This document shows, piece after piece, positions 29,238 through 40,152 of a DNA stretch of 64,000 nucleotides (positions are counted from its first letter, which is position 1; each line of letters starts with the position of its first letter). This stretch comes from Enhygromyxa salina (lineage in GTDB: Bacteria > Myxococcota_A > Polyangia > Nannocystales > Nannocystaceae). The DNA is taken from the NCBI RefSeq assembly GCF_002994635.1, contig NZ_PVNL01000139.1, positions 82,055 to 146,054 on the forward strand, given 5' to 3'. The translations under genes were made by a program, and so were the position numbers. Below the pieces are notes generated by a model that saw nothing but the letters and a program-made list of their open reading frames with translations, was not told the DNA's origin and did no database searches.

Positions 29238-29509
29238 ATATGGGCCTGATGGCTCTCTGTGTTGCCAAAATTCTTGTAATTGAGAAGCATTTTCATGATT
29301 TTTGCTTCCCGGGCTCGGAGCTTGGGCATGCGCGGCCCGCACGAATCACCCCGCGGACCGTCACCCGATCGTCGACCGGTCCATGAAAACCGCTGGCGCG
29401 CCGAACGTGGAGCCGGACAGGACGGCGTCCAATTCGTCGCCCATGACGACGCCCGAGCTGACGCCAGCCGGGGCCGAGCCAACGGCGGCCCATGGTAGTC
29501 ACTGCCGCG

Positions 29510-30925
29510 ATGGCCAAGTCCAAGTCCAAGACCCGCTGGGCCTGCAACTCATGCGGCGCCACGACCAACGGGTGGTTCGGCCAGTGTCCGAGCTGCCGCG
29601 AGTGGAACACGATCCAAGAGCAGACCGAGCGGCCCGCGGCCGGGGAGCGGGTCGTGCTCGCGGCTCCCGGCGCCAAGTCGAAGCCGGTCCCGGTCACCCG
29701 CGCCCAGGCTGACGCCGCCGGGGAGTCGCGGCTGCGCACGGGGATCAGCGAGTTCGATCGGGTCCTCGGCGGCGGCCTGGTGCCCGGCAGCTTGGTGCTG
29801 CTCGGCGGGTCTCCGGGGATCGGCAAGTCGACGCTGCTGCTGCAGGCTTGCGCGGCGCTGGTCGGCGAGGGTGAGCAGGGCCGCTCGGTCCTGTACGCGA
29901 GCGGCGAGGAGTCGGTCGCCCAGGTCGCAGCCCGGGCCGCCCGGCTGCGCGGGGGTGAGTTTCGCGGTGGTGACGAGCGCCTGCTGTTGGTCGCCGAGAC
30001 CCGAATCGAGTCGATCCTGGATCACGCCGCCACGCAGCGCCCCGACGTGCTGGTGGTCGACTCGATCCAGACGGTCTACAGCGACGCGCAAGACGGCCTG
30101 CCCGGCAACATCAGCCAGATCCGCAGCGTCACCGGGCACCTGCTGAGCTGGGCCAAGACCAGCAACGTGCCAGTCGTGATCGTCGGTCACGTGACCAAGG
30201 ACGGCCAGCTCGCTGGGCCGCGCTTGCTCGAGCACATGGTCGACGCGGTGCTCAGCTTCGAGGGTGACGAGGAGCGAGCCACCCGAATGTTGCGGGCCAG
30301 CAAGAACCGGTTTGGCAGCACGGCCGAGCTGGGCGTGTTCGAGATGACCGGCCTCGGTCTGCGCGAGGTCCAAAACCCGAGCGAGGCGTTCTTGGCCGAC
30401 CACCCCGAGCAAGCGATCGGCTCGGCGGTCACGGCCTCGCTCGAGGGCTCGCGGCCGCTGCTGCTCGAGGTCCAGGCGCTGCTCGGGCCGAGCCCCGGCG
30501 GCTACCCGCGGCGCACCTGCGTGGGCGCAGATCCCAACCGCCTCGCGATGTTGCTGGCGGTGCTCGATCGCCACGCGGACCTATTTGTGGTCGACCAGGA
30601 CGTGTTCGTGAACGTGGCGGGCGGGCTCCGCCTGAGCGAGCCCGCGGCCGATCTCGCGGTGCTGCTCGCGGTCGCCAGCTCGCACCTGCGCAAGCCGATC
30701 CCCAAGGGGACGGTGATCATTGGCGAAGTCGGGCTCACGGGCGAGCTGCGTCGGGTCCCGCGAATGGACGAGCGCCTGGCCGAGGCCACGCGGCTCGGCT
30801 TTACCCGGGCGATCGTGTGTGGGCGCGGGCGCAAGGCTGACAAGCCAGCCAAGCCCGCCCGCGCGAGGCTCGAGCTGATCGAGGTCGAGACCGTGGTCCA
30901 GGCGGTCGAGGCGACCTTCGAGTGA
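29510..30925 (+). CDS. radA: DNA repair protein RadA/Sms
   Basis: The start is trimmed to MAKSKSKTRWACNSCG...QCPSCREWNT (C4 zinc finger). GSPGIGKSTLLLQ (Walker A), the RadA-specific KNRFG, and a C-terminal Lon-protease-like domain. Confidence 0.9.
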   Translation: MAKSKSKTRWACNSCGATTNGWFGQCPSCREWNTIQEQTERPAAGERVVLAAPGAKSKPVPVTRAQADAAGESRLRTGISEFDRVLGGGLVPGSLVLLGGSPGIGKSTLLLQACAALVGEGEQGRSVLYASGEESVAQVAARAARLRGGEFRGGDERLLLVAETRIESILDHAATQRPDVLVVDSIQTVYSDAQDGLPGNISQIRSVTGHLLSWAKTSNVPVVIVGHVTKDGQLAGPRLLEHMVDAVLSFEGDEERATRMLRASKNRFGSTAELGVFEMTGLGLREVQNPSEAFLADHPEQAIGSAVTASLEGSRPLLLEVQALLGPSPGGYPRRTCVGADPNRLAMLLAVLDRHADLFVVDQDVFVNVAGGLRLSEPAADLAVLLAVASSHLRKPIPKGTVIIGEVGLTGELRRVPRMDERLAEATRLGFTRAIVCGRGRKADKPAKPARARLELIEVETVVQAVEATFE

Positions 30926-31163
30926 TCGCGGCAGGCCCGGACGCTTCGCTCTAGCGCGTAGATCAGCTCGGGTTACTGCACGATCTGCGGACCCCGGCAG
31001 CCTGCACAAAGTCATGGCCGCAGGGACAGGCGCACGGTATATTTTTCATATCTTCTTCGCGATGATTGCCTAGCCTCTGCGAAGATAACCCGTATACAAG
31101 CCATGGTCGTCATTCAAAGTGTCGCCATATTCGGCATTCAGCGATCAACAGGAGAGAAACACC

Positions 31164-31499
31164 ATGGCAACAGTCAAATACAAAGCAGGGGATCGCGTCA
31201 CCATGACGGTGACGCGCGCAGACAACGTTCTACTGGGCTACTTGGCCGAGAGCACCAATGTTCGACGCAAGATCTACGAGCGAATGACGGACTACGATGC
31301 GAGGTTTCAGGACGAGATCGACCTGACGCCGTCGTTCCGGTCGGGCAATCAAGACATGTTGGTGACCGCCATCAACTGCTCCAGCGCCGGCCACGTCGAG
31401 TTCTTGATCGAGGTCAACGGCAAGGACCAATACCGCGTCTCCGAGACGCTGGGCCAGAACAAGAGCAAGTCCTGGCACGTGAACTTCCAGAAGAGCTGA
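31164..31499 (+). CDS. Small hypothetical protein (111 aa), lower-GC orphan with its own RBS and terminator
   Basis: AGGAGAG sits 7 nt before the ATG at 31164. The gene is ~56% GC against ~70% around it. A terminator hairpin lies directly downstream. Confidence 0.55.
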   Translation: MATVKYKAGDRVTMTVTRADNVLLGYLAESTNVRRKIYERMTDYDARFQDEIDLTPSFRSGNQDMLVTAINCSSAGHVEFLIEVNGKDQYRVSETLGQNKSKSWHVNFQKS

Positions 31500-31516
31500 G
31501 CTGCTCGACTACAGAT

Positions 31517-31560
31517 AGCGGAGGGCCAAAGTGGCCTCCGCTATTTGTACTGTCTCGTTC
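31517..31560 (+). terminator. Intrinsic terminator (stem-loop + T-rich tract)
   Basis: AGCGGAGGGCC-aaagt-GGCCTCCGCT, followed by ATTTGTACTGTCTCGTTCTC. Confidence 0.5.
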
Positions 31561-32703
31561 TCAACTGCCCGCGGCTTCGAGGGCTGGGGGTCGGGCGGTG
31601 GGGCTGCCGCCTGACGCGATGGGGCGGGACAGCACGATCTGCCGTCCGGCCTTGCTGCCCTGCTCGAACGCGTAATTGTGGCGTGCGTCGCCAGGTTGAA
31701 CGTACTGCAGCGTGGGATTGCGGCGCCGGAAGTAGACGCCGAGCTCGGGCGCAGGCACCCAGACCAGGCCCTGCGCTTGCAGCCGTTGGTCTTGGGCCTC
31801 GAGCTTGGCCTCGAAGCCCTGCATCACCCCAGCGAGGAACGACAGGCGCTCGCTCGGATGCGCACTCGGGCGCGCGTACTCGGACCACAGGCGCCGGGCG
31901 GTCTGGCTGGCGAACGCGTGCACGTGCTCGGCGATCAATAGATTGGCCTCGAGCCCGCAAATCTCGAGCACGCTGCCGCGCTTGCCTGCACGGGGCAGAT
32001 AGACGGGCAGCCACGCGCTCTCGACGAAGAAGTAGTCGTTGAGGATCTTGGCCAGCCGCCGATCGTGCTCCCGCAGCGGCCCGCACGGGCGGCCGAGCCG
32101 GCGAAAGCCGTAGTGTTCATGCTCGGACCTCGCGCGCGGCTCGGTGTCGGTCATGTTCGCGATGTTGAGCTTGAGCATGAGCCGACGCGCGGTCGCGGCC
32201 GCGGCTTCGGCCTCGTGGCGGTTGGGGCTCTGGGCGAGCGCGAGCAGCTTGTGGATCCTGCTCACGGCTCGACTCGAGGGATCGCGCGGGTTCGCGGCTG
32301 GGCCTGGCCGTGGCTTGCCGGTTGAGCGGGTGCTGATGGCCAGCCGCGCGCAGATCCGCCGGAAGGTCGGGCCGTGGCGGCGCTCGTCGACGCACAGGCG
32401 CTCGTCGATGAACTGCAGCACGACCTCGCGCTTGAGGGTCTCGAGCACGTCGCCCCAGTCGTACTCCAGCACCAAGGTCCGCGAGATCTCGAGGCTGCGC
32501 AGCGGCGCGCTCCAGTGGGCCAGGGGCGCGGGCGGGTCCGACAGGCGGACGACCGGGAGTCGCAGCGCGCTCTTGAAGTAGGCGTAGTTGATGCCGCGCC
32601 ACTCTTGGACCAGGCGCGCGAGCAGCTTGGCCTCGAGCTCGACGCTCAGCCGCGCCGCCTCCTGTGTCGCGCGCTCGCTCAGAGGTACTGCTCGACGAAC
32701 CAC
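31561..32703 (-). CDS. SprT-like domain (degenerate HExxH) / DUF2786-motif protein; start uncertain
   Basis: The N-part aligns with SprT: YAYFKSALRLPVVRLSD...WGDVLETLKREVVLQFIDE, where REVVL takes the place of HExxH. Later comes HKLLALAQSPNRHEAEAAAATARRLMLKLNI, a DUF2786 signature. A candidate GTG start at 32703 overlaps the upstream gene's 3' end. The far N-terminal part of the 498-aa track ORF is out of phase with real coding in 32679-33057 and is rejected. Confidence 0.5.
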   Translation of the reverse strand: MVRRAVPLSERATQEAARLSVELEAKLLARLVQEWRGINYAYFKSALRLPVVRLSDPPAPLAHWSAPLRSLEISRTLVLEYDWGDVLETLKREVVLQFIDERLCVDERRHGPTFRRICARLAISTRSTGKPRPGPAANPRDPSSRAVSRIHKLLALAQSPNRHEAEAAAATARRLMLKLNIANMTDTEPRARSEHEHYGFRRLGRPCGPLREHDRRLAKILNDYFFVESAWLPVYLPRAGKRGSVLEICGLEANLLIAEHVHAFASQTARRLWSEYARPSAHPSERLSFLAGVMQGFEAKLEAQDQRLQAQGLVWVPAPELGVYFRRRNPTLQYVQPGDARHNYAFEQGSKAGRQIVLSRPIASGGSPTARPPALEAAGS

Positions 32704-33581
32704 AGGGCCAAGAACGGGTTGTCCCCGGGCCCGGGCACGCCCCAGTACTCGACGGCCATGTTGAAATCGAGCAGGAAGAAGAACGGGTACTGACCGCCGT
32801 TGTAGATGTCGCGGACCCCTTGGGTCTCGTCGACGAGCACCGGGATGTGGTTGTCCTGGTGGATCGAGTACCAAGACTGCGCGTCGCTGAGCGTGGGCGC
32901 CCCGCCACCCGCGTCCTCGACGATCACGGTGATCCACCAGATTCGCAGGCTGTAGACCTTTTCGCGGACCGTCGGGTAGGTTTGCTGCAGCGACGCGGTC
33001 TCGGCGGTGTCGGCCCCGGAGATCCACTCGGCCATGTTGTGGCACGGCCCGCACCACTGCGCCGACAGATCGATGATCATGTACGAGGGCTCGCCCGTGT
33101 CGTTGATCGTGAAGTTGTTGAAGTCGTAGATGTCGACCAGGTCGCCGTGCTGGTCGAGGAACTCGGCGCGCGGGAACGGGCTGCCGGCCTCGGTCGTGGA
33201 CGTGGCCCAGCTACCCTGAGGGAGCTCTGCTTTGGTCGGGCTATAGGGCCACCAGCCCTGATAGATGCGGCTGGACTGGTCGAGCGGATCGGTGCCCTCG
33301 ATCAGCTCCCAGCTGTCCCAGTAGTTGTCGGCGTCGGTGTCCTTTTTCTTCGGGTCGGTCCCGAGCTCGGCTTCTTCGGCGTCGGTCAGGCCGTCTTGAT
33401 CGCTGTCGGGATCTGCGGGCTCGCCGGTCTCGGTCTCGGTCTCGGTCTCACCCGTGTCGCCAGCGTCCGCGTCCGCGCTTCCGTCGTCGGCGTTGGGGGA
33501 GTCGTCGCTCCCGCCGTCGCAGGCAGAGGTACAGAGCAGGGCGCTAACACTGGCAAGAATGACGAGCTGATGTGGTTTCAC
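32679..33581 (-). CDS. Thioredoxin-fold lipoprotein (TlpA-like, WCGPC active site) with an acidic Ca-binding-like linker
   Basis: The start is trimmed to the GTG at 33581 (VKPHQLVILASVSALLCTSAC, a lipobox). The linker reads DSDQDGLTDAEE. The CxxC motif is AQWCGPCHNM. Confidence 0.7.
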   Translation of the reverse strand: MKPHQLVILASVSALLCTSACDGGSDDSPNADDGSADADAGDTGETETETETGEPADPDSDQDGLTDAEEAELGTDPKKKDTDADNYWDSWELIEGTDPLDQSSRIYQGWWPYSPTKAELPQGSWATSTTEAGSPFPRAEFLDQHGDLVDIYDFNNFTINDTGEPSYMIIDLSAQWCGPCHNMAEWISGADTAETASLQQTYPTVREKVYSLRIWWITVIVEDAGGGAPTLSDAQSWYSIHQDNHIPVLVDETQGVRDIYNGGQYPFFFLLDFNMAVEYWGVPGPGDNPFLALWFVEQYL

Positions 33582-33743
33582 GAAGATCTCCGACGCGTGG
33601 GTGCGGCGCCAACATAGCACTTCTGACCCCGACCGCGGTGAGAGCACACGGTAAATTTCAGGCCGGAACCAGGGCGGCTTCACCGCCTCACCAGGCTGGA
33701 TAATCGGCCATCGAAGCCGGCGCGTGCAGGGTAGGATCCCCAC

Positions 33744-34793
33744 GTGGACGAGCTTGGGAAGGCCGCGCTGGCGCTGTTGATCATGTTGCCGACCGCCTGC
33801 GAGCGATCGGCCGATCGCGCGCCGGCTCCAGGCGTGGCCCCACCCGCGGAGGCCAAGGCCCAGGTCGAGCTGGAACCACGTCCGCCGGCTGTCGACCCGC
33901 CATCTGCTGAACCGTCACCTGCTGACCCGCTGCCGGTCTTTACGCTGGCCCGGCTGGCCCACGACGCCGCCGTCGTCGATCTCGCGTGGTCGGCCGACGG
34001 TGCAGTAATCGCCACCGCCTCGAGCGACGGCAAGCTGCGACTGTGGGACGCCCACGACTACACGCTCACCCGTACGATCGAGGGGCTTCCCAGTTCGGGC
34101 AGCCGACGCGTTGCGATCAGCGAAGACGGCGGCACCGTGGTCACCAACGTCGAGCACCAGGTCCACGTGTTCGTCGGGGAGGCTGAGAGCACGCTCACCC
34201 ACGACGGGCCGGTGTTCGCCGTCGCCGTGACGGCCGACGCGACCGTGATCGCCTCGGGCGGGGTCGACGGTCTGCGGATCTGGGCAGCCGACGGGCGCCA
34301 GCGACGGCATGTCAACCAGCGCGAGGCGTCGGTCTCGTCCGTGCAGTTCAGCGCCGATGGCCGCACCCTCGCCTCGGGTTGGGGGGACGGGCGCGTGCGG
34401 GTGATCGACGCGAAGACCGGCAAGATCAAGCGGACGATCGAGATCAGCGAAGCACCCTCCAGCGTGGCCTACAGCAGCAACGGCGAGCGCGTGGCGGCCC
34501 GCATCGGCGCCGCGGAGCTGGGGATCTTCGCGACCGCGACCGGCAAGATTACGGCCAAGCTCCCGCTCGCGCAGCCGCTCGGGTTTGGCGCTGGAGGCAA
34601 CCTGATGCTGGCCGCCGGACCGCTCGACGACAGTGAATTCGCCGTGACGCTGATCGAAGCGAACGGCGGCGGGATCGTGCGCGGATTCTTGGGCCACGCG
34701 GGCACCGTGAACGCCGCGGTGTTCTCCCCCGACGACAACTTCTTCGCGAGCGCGAGCTCAGACGCCACGGTGCTGATCTGGGCGGCGCCGTGA
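33744..34793 (+). CDS. WD40-repeat lipoprotein
   Basis: Lipobox LPTAC, a Pro/Ala-rich linker, then ~6 WD-like blades (SSDGKLRLWD, GGVDGLRIWA, SASSDATVLIWA). Confidence 0.75.
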   Translation: MDELGKAALALLIMLPTACERSADRAPAPGVAPPAEAKAQVELEPRPPAVDPPSAEPSPADPLPVFTLARLAHDAAVVDLAWSADGAVIATASSDGKLRLWDAHDYTLTRTIEGLPSSGSRRVAISEDGGTVVTNVEHQVHVFVGEAESTLTHDGPVFAVAVTADATVIASGGVDGLRIWAADGRQRRHVNQREASVSSVQFSADGRTLASGWGDGRVRVIDAKTGKIKRTIEISEAPSSVAYSSNGERVAARIGAAELGIFATATGKITAKLPLAQPLGFGAGGNLMLAAGPLDDSEFAVTLIEANGGGIVRGFLGHAGTVNAAVFSPDDNFFASASSDATVLIWAAP

Positions 34794-35251
34794 CCCCGTC
34801 CACGGGTATCATGGCGCCAATGCGAGAACGGCTGGGTCTGGCGATCGTGGTGTTCGCCTGTTACGGGGGCGCGGCGCTGGGAGTGACCAACGCGTACCCG
34901 TTCTCGACCTTCCCCATGTACTCCGAGGACTCGCCCACGTTTGGCGCGCGGCTGGTCGTGAAAGATCGCGGCGGTGAGCGGCGCGAGGTCGACCGCTACG
35001 AAGACTGGACCTGCGCGGCGGATCTGAGCTTCGACGACCTCGAGCAGACGGTCTGCCCCGACGGTCGTATCGGCCAACCGACTGGCTACCTGGTCAAAGA
35101 GGCCCTCGATCACATCCGCGAGCATCCCGATGACGATTCACGCGACGCTGAAGAGTCCGTCGACCTGGTGATCCGCACCTGGAGGCTGGACGGCGAGCAG
35201 ATCGTGGAGCTCGACTGCCCAGTGGCCCGGTGCAGGGCGCGGCTGCAATGA
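34790..35251 (+). CDS. Hypothetical small protein (signal/TM + 4 Cys), GTGA-coupled to the WD40 gene
   Basis: GTG at 34790 overlaps the WD40 stop. N-terminal hydrophobic segment LGLAIVVFACYGGAALG. Confidence 0.45.
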   Translation: MTPSTGIMAPMRERLGLAIVVFACYGGAALGVTNAYPFSTFPMYSEDSPTFGARLVVKDRGGERREVDRYEDWTCAADLSFDDLEQTVCPDGRIGQPTGYLVKEALDHIREHPDDDSRDAEESVDLVIRTWRLDGEQIVELDCPVARCRARLQ

Positions 35252-36237
35252 GCATGGGCGCGTCTGTCCACGGCGATGGTGGCCGGCCTGGGCTGCGCTG
35301 GGTGCTGGCGATCGTGCTGATGATCAGCCTGTATGGGGTGCTCGAGAACCTGTACATCATCCCGCCGCCCGAGAGCTCGCCGGCCTGGTCGCCCGCGTGG
35401 TTGGTGACCCTCGACGAGCTGGTCTGGCCGATCGCAGCGCTGAGCGTGCTCGCGGGCATTGGCATCGCCGGGCTCGCTCGAGGCAAGCGCGCGCAGCTGT
35501 GGTTTGGGCTGCTGGCGTTGCTGGCGATGGCGGTGCTGGTCGAGGCGATGGCCGCCCACGTGGGCGAGCATCGGCGCCGGTTCTACAGCGTCGGCGCGGC
35601 GCTGTTTGGCTGGCTCAGCGGGCTGATCTTCGCCCGCTGGCGCGGCGCCGACGATGATCGCAGTGAACGCCTGGCCGAGGCTGGAGCCGCGGCCGCGCTG
35701 GCGGCGACCTACGCCAACGCGGGGCTGCAAAAGCTGTCGGCGGGCGGGCTGTTCGATGATCACTCGTTCCAGATTTACGTGCTGCACCACCATCACATCG
35801 ACGACAGCTCGGTGATCGGGTGGTTGGCCCAGCTCGTCGTCGCGTACCCGCAGATCGGCGTGGGCCTGGCGCTGTCGGTGGTGGTGATTCAAGCGGGCGC
35901 CTGGGTGTTCCTGACGGGCCCGCGCGGGCGCATGGTCTGGGGGACCTTGCTGATCAGCTTTCACCTGGGAACGCTCGCGTTCTTGCACATCATCTATGTG
36001 ATGGCCACGGTGTTGCTGGTGGCCTGGTCCTACCCTTGGGCGCGGATCTGGGCGTTCGTGCGACGGCGCCCCCCGCCACCCCCGAGCGTCGTCGACGATC
36101 CACCGCTCAGCGTTCGCGAGCTCGGCGTGCTCGCGTGCGTGGGCGCGCTGGTGGTCGCGCTCGCGTGGGCTGCCCCCACGCCCCACTCGCTCGCGGACGC
36201 CGAGACCAATCAGCCGCCGCACGAGGTCGAGTTTTAG
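35248..36237 (+). CDS. Integral membrane protein (multi-TM, His-rich loop HHHHIDD), hypothetical
   Basis: The ATG at 35248 overlaps the previous stop as ATGA. There are ≥7 predicted TM helices. Confidence 0.6.
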   Translation: MSMGASVHGDGGRPGLRWVLAIVLMISLYGVLENLYIIPPPESSPAWSPAWLVTLDELVWPIAALSVLAGIGIAGLARGKRAQLWFGLLALLAMAVLVEAMAAHVGEHRRRFYSVGAALFGWLSGLIFARWRGADDDRSERLAEAGAAAALAATYANAGLQKLSAGGLFDDHSFQIYVLHHHHIDDSSVIGWLAQLVVAYPQIGVGLALSVVVIQAGAWVFLTGPRGRMVWGTLLISFHLGTLAFLHIIYVMATVLLVAWSYPWARIWAFVRRRPPPPPSVVDDPPLSVRELGVLACVGALVVALAWAAPTPHSLADAETNQPPHEVEF

Positions 36238-36272
36238 CCGCGATCACAGCCTATACTCTGGGGTCTCTACTC

Positions 36273-37625
36273 ATGCGCCGCTTCGAATATCGCGATCAAA
36301 AATCCAACAAGTTCTGGCAGATCGATCAGCAAGGGAGCGAGGTCACCACGCAGTGGGGCCGGATCGGCACCGACGGGCAGTCCAAGACCAAGGCCTACGC
36401 AACGGCTGCCAAGGCTCAGGCTGACGTTGACAAGCAGATCCTGTCCAAGCAGGGAAAGGGCTACGTCGAGTCGGATGACGCCAGTATGCCCATGGCCGCC
36501 GCGCCCGCGCCTGCCACCGCCGCGGCAACCACCGCGCCCGCGTCTGCCACCGTCGCGCCCGCGCCTGCCACCGTCGCGCCAGCCACCACGGACCCGCTGC
36601 CCGACGGCGCCGAGGCGAGCGTCAAGGGCTCAGGCTCGAGCGTCTACACGCTGCGCAACGTCGGCGGGGTGTACTCGTGCACGTGCCCGGCGTGGCGCAA
36701 CCAGTCGCTGGCCATCGACCGCCGGACCTGCAAGCACCTTCGCAACCTCCGGGGTGAGGCCGCCGAGCACGCCCGGCTGCAGGGCGTCGGGGCCACGCTC
36801 CCGCAGCGAGCCGTCGTCGCCGCCGACGCGCCCGCGCTGCTGCTCGCGCACCGCTGGGAGCAGCAGGATCCCACCGGCTGGTGGATGAGCGAGAAGCTCG
36901 ACGGCGTGCGAGCGTACTGGGACGGCAAGGGCTTCGTCTCGCGGCTCGGCAACGGGTATCTGGCCCCGGCGTGGTTCACCGAAGGTCTGCCCAATTTTCC
37001 GCTCGACGGCGAGCTGTTCGCCGGCCGCGGTCGGTTTGCCCAGGCCGTCTCGATCGCCCGGCGGGCCGACGCGGGCGAGGCCTGGCGATCGCTCTCGTTC
37101 GTGATCTTCGATGGCCCCGGCGCAAGCGGGGGGTTCGAGGCTCGCATCGCCGAGCTCGAGGAACACTTCCGCGCGAGCCCGTGGGCCCACGCCAGCGTGC
37201 TCGCGCATCGCGTGTGCACGGGCCTCGCGGATCTGAACGCCGAGCTGAAGCGGGTCGAGGCGCTCGGCGGCGAGGGCCTGATGCTTCGCAAGCCTGGCTC
37301 AGCGTACGTGGCCGGCCGGTCCGACACGCTGCTCAAGGTCAAGACCTTCCTCGACACCGAAGCGCGGATCGTTGGCTACCAGCCGGGCACCGGTCGCCAC
37401 AAAGGTCGGCTCGGGGCCCTGATGCTCGAGCTCCCCAACGGCACGCGCTTCAAGGTTGGCACCGGGCTGTCCGACGCCGAGCGTGACAACCCGCCCGCGG
37501 TCGGCGAGATCATCACGGTCCGCTATCAAGAGCTGACCGACGCAGGTGTGCCACGGTTCCCCAGCTACATCGGCGTGCGCGGCGACTTTGACTGGGACGC
37601 TGCCGTGGCGGCCGGAAGCGACTGA
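36273..37625 (+). CDS. ATP-dependent DNA ligase with N-terminal WGR domain and SWIM zinc finger
   Basis: MRRFEYRDQKSNKFWQI...WGRIGTDGQ (WGR). CTCPAWRNQ...CKHL (SWIM CxC...CxH). EKLDGVRAY (ligase motif I, KxDG), followed by the adenylation and OB domains. Confidence 0.8.
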   Translation: MRRFEYRDQKSNKFWQIDQQGSEVTTQWGRIGTDGQSKTKAYATAAKAQADVDKQILSKQGKGYVESDDASMPMAAAPAPATAAATTAPASATVAPAPATVAPATTDPLPDGAEASVKGSGSSVYTLRNVGGVYSCTCPAWRNQSLAIDRRTCKHLRNLRGEAAEHARLQGVGATLPQRAVVAADAPALLLAHRWEQQDPTGWWMSEKLDGVRAYWDGKGFVSRLGNGYLAPAWFTEGLPNFPLDGELFAGRGRFAQAVSIARRADAGEAWRSLSFVIFDGPGASGGFEARIAELEEHFRASPWAHASVLAHRVCTGLADLNAELKRVEALGGEGLMLRKPGSAYVAGRSDTLLKVKTFLDTEARIVGYQPGTGRHKGRLGALMLELPNGTRFKVGTGLSDAERDNPPAVGEIITVRYQELTDAGVPRFPSYIGVRGDFDWDAAVAAGSD

Positions 37626-37710
37626 GCCGCCACAAGACTGCGTCGCCGCGATGTCCTCGCCGAATTAATAGCCGGCCAAGTCGCTCCGTCCGGTTCGCGC
37701 TGCGACATAA

Positions 37711-39532
<1,822 letters not shown>

Positions 39533-39536
<4 letters not shown>

Positions 39537-39871
39537 GCAAGAACGCCGCCGAGCCCGAGCCCGCGCCCGACTCCGAGCCGTCGAGGGCCGATCGGCTCGC
39601 GCGGCAGCTCGAGCAGCAGGCCCGCCGACACCAGCGCAACAATCGTGGGCGGGCGCCTAGCCTGTGGCAGCAGGTCGCCCGGGTCGGCACGCTGGGATGG
39701 ATGATCGTGCTGCCGATCGTCGCTGGCGCGTTGGTCGGACACCTGCTCGATCTCAGGTTCGACAGCGGGGTCCGCTGGGCGCTGGCGCTGATGTTCCTGG
39801 GTCTGATCACCGGTGGCTACGCGCTGTACCGAGCAATGCAAGAGGGCATGGCCAGCCGAGGTGAGCGATGA
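39533..39871 (+). CDS. atpQ: N-ATPase accessory membrane protein AtpQ (AtpI/AtpZ-like)
   Basis: A 112-aa protein with two TM helices, at the characteristic position between epsilon and AtpR. GTGA/ATGA coupled. Confidence 0.6.
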
Positions 39872-40152
39872 CGGCTGAAGGGATCGCGCTGGTGCTGGCC
39901 GGGCTCACGATCGGGATCGCAGCTGGCAACATTTACCTGTCGATGCTGCGCCGGGCGATCTGCACGCTGATCGAGCAGCGCAAGCGCACCAGCATGCTGT
40001 GGAGCGCACCCGCCCGGGTCGCCCTGCCCGCGGTCGCGCTCGCGCTCGCAGCACGGTGGGATCGGCTGGCCCTACTCGGCGGCGTCGTCGGCCTGTTGGC
40101 CACCCAGTTCACGGCGCAGCTCTTGGCCCGAACCAAAGGCGTCGGGCCTTGA
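39868..40152 (+). CDS. atpR: N-ATPase subunit AtpR (small 2-TM protein with a conserved Arg)
   Basis: A 94-aa protein with two TM helices and an Arg in the membrane span. ATGA-coupled upstream. Its stop overlaps the atpB TTG start. Confidence 0.6.
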   Translation: MTAEGIALVLAGLTIGIAAGNIYLSMLRRAICTLIEQRKRTSMLWSAPARVALPAVALALAARWDRLALLGGVVGLLATQFTAQLLARTKGVGP

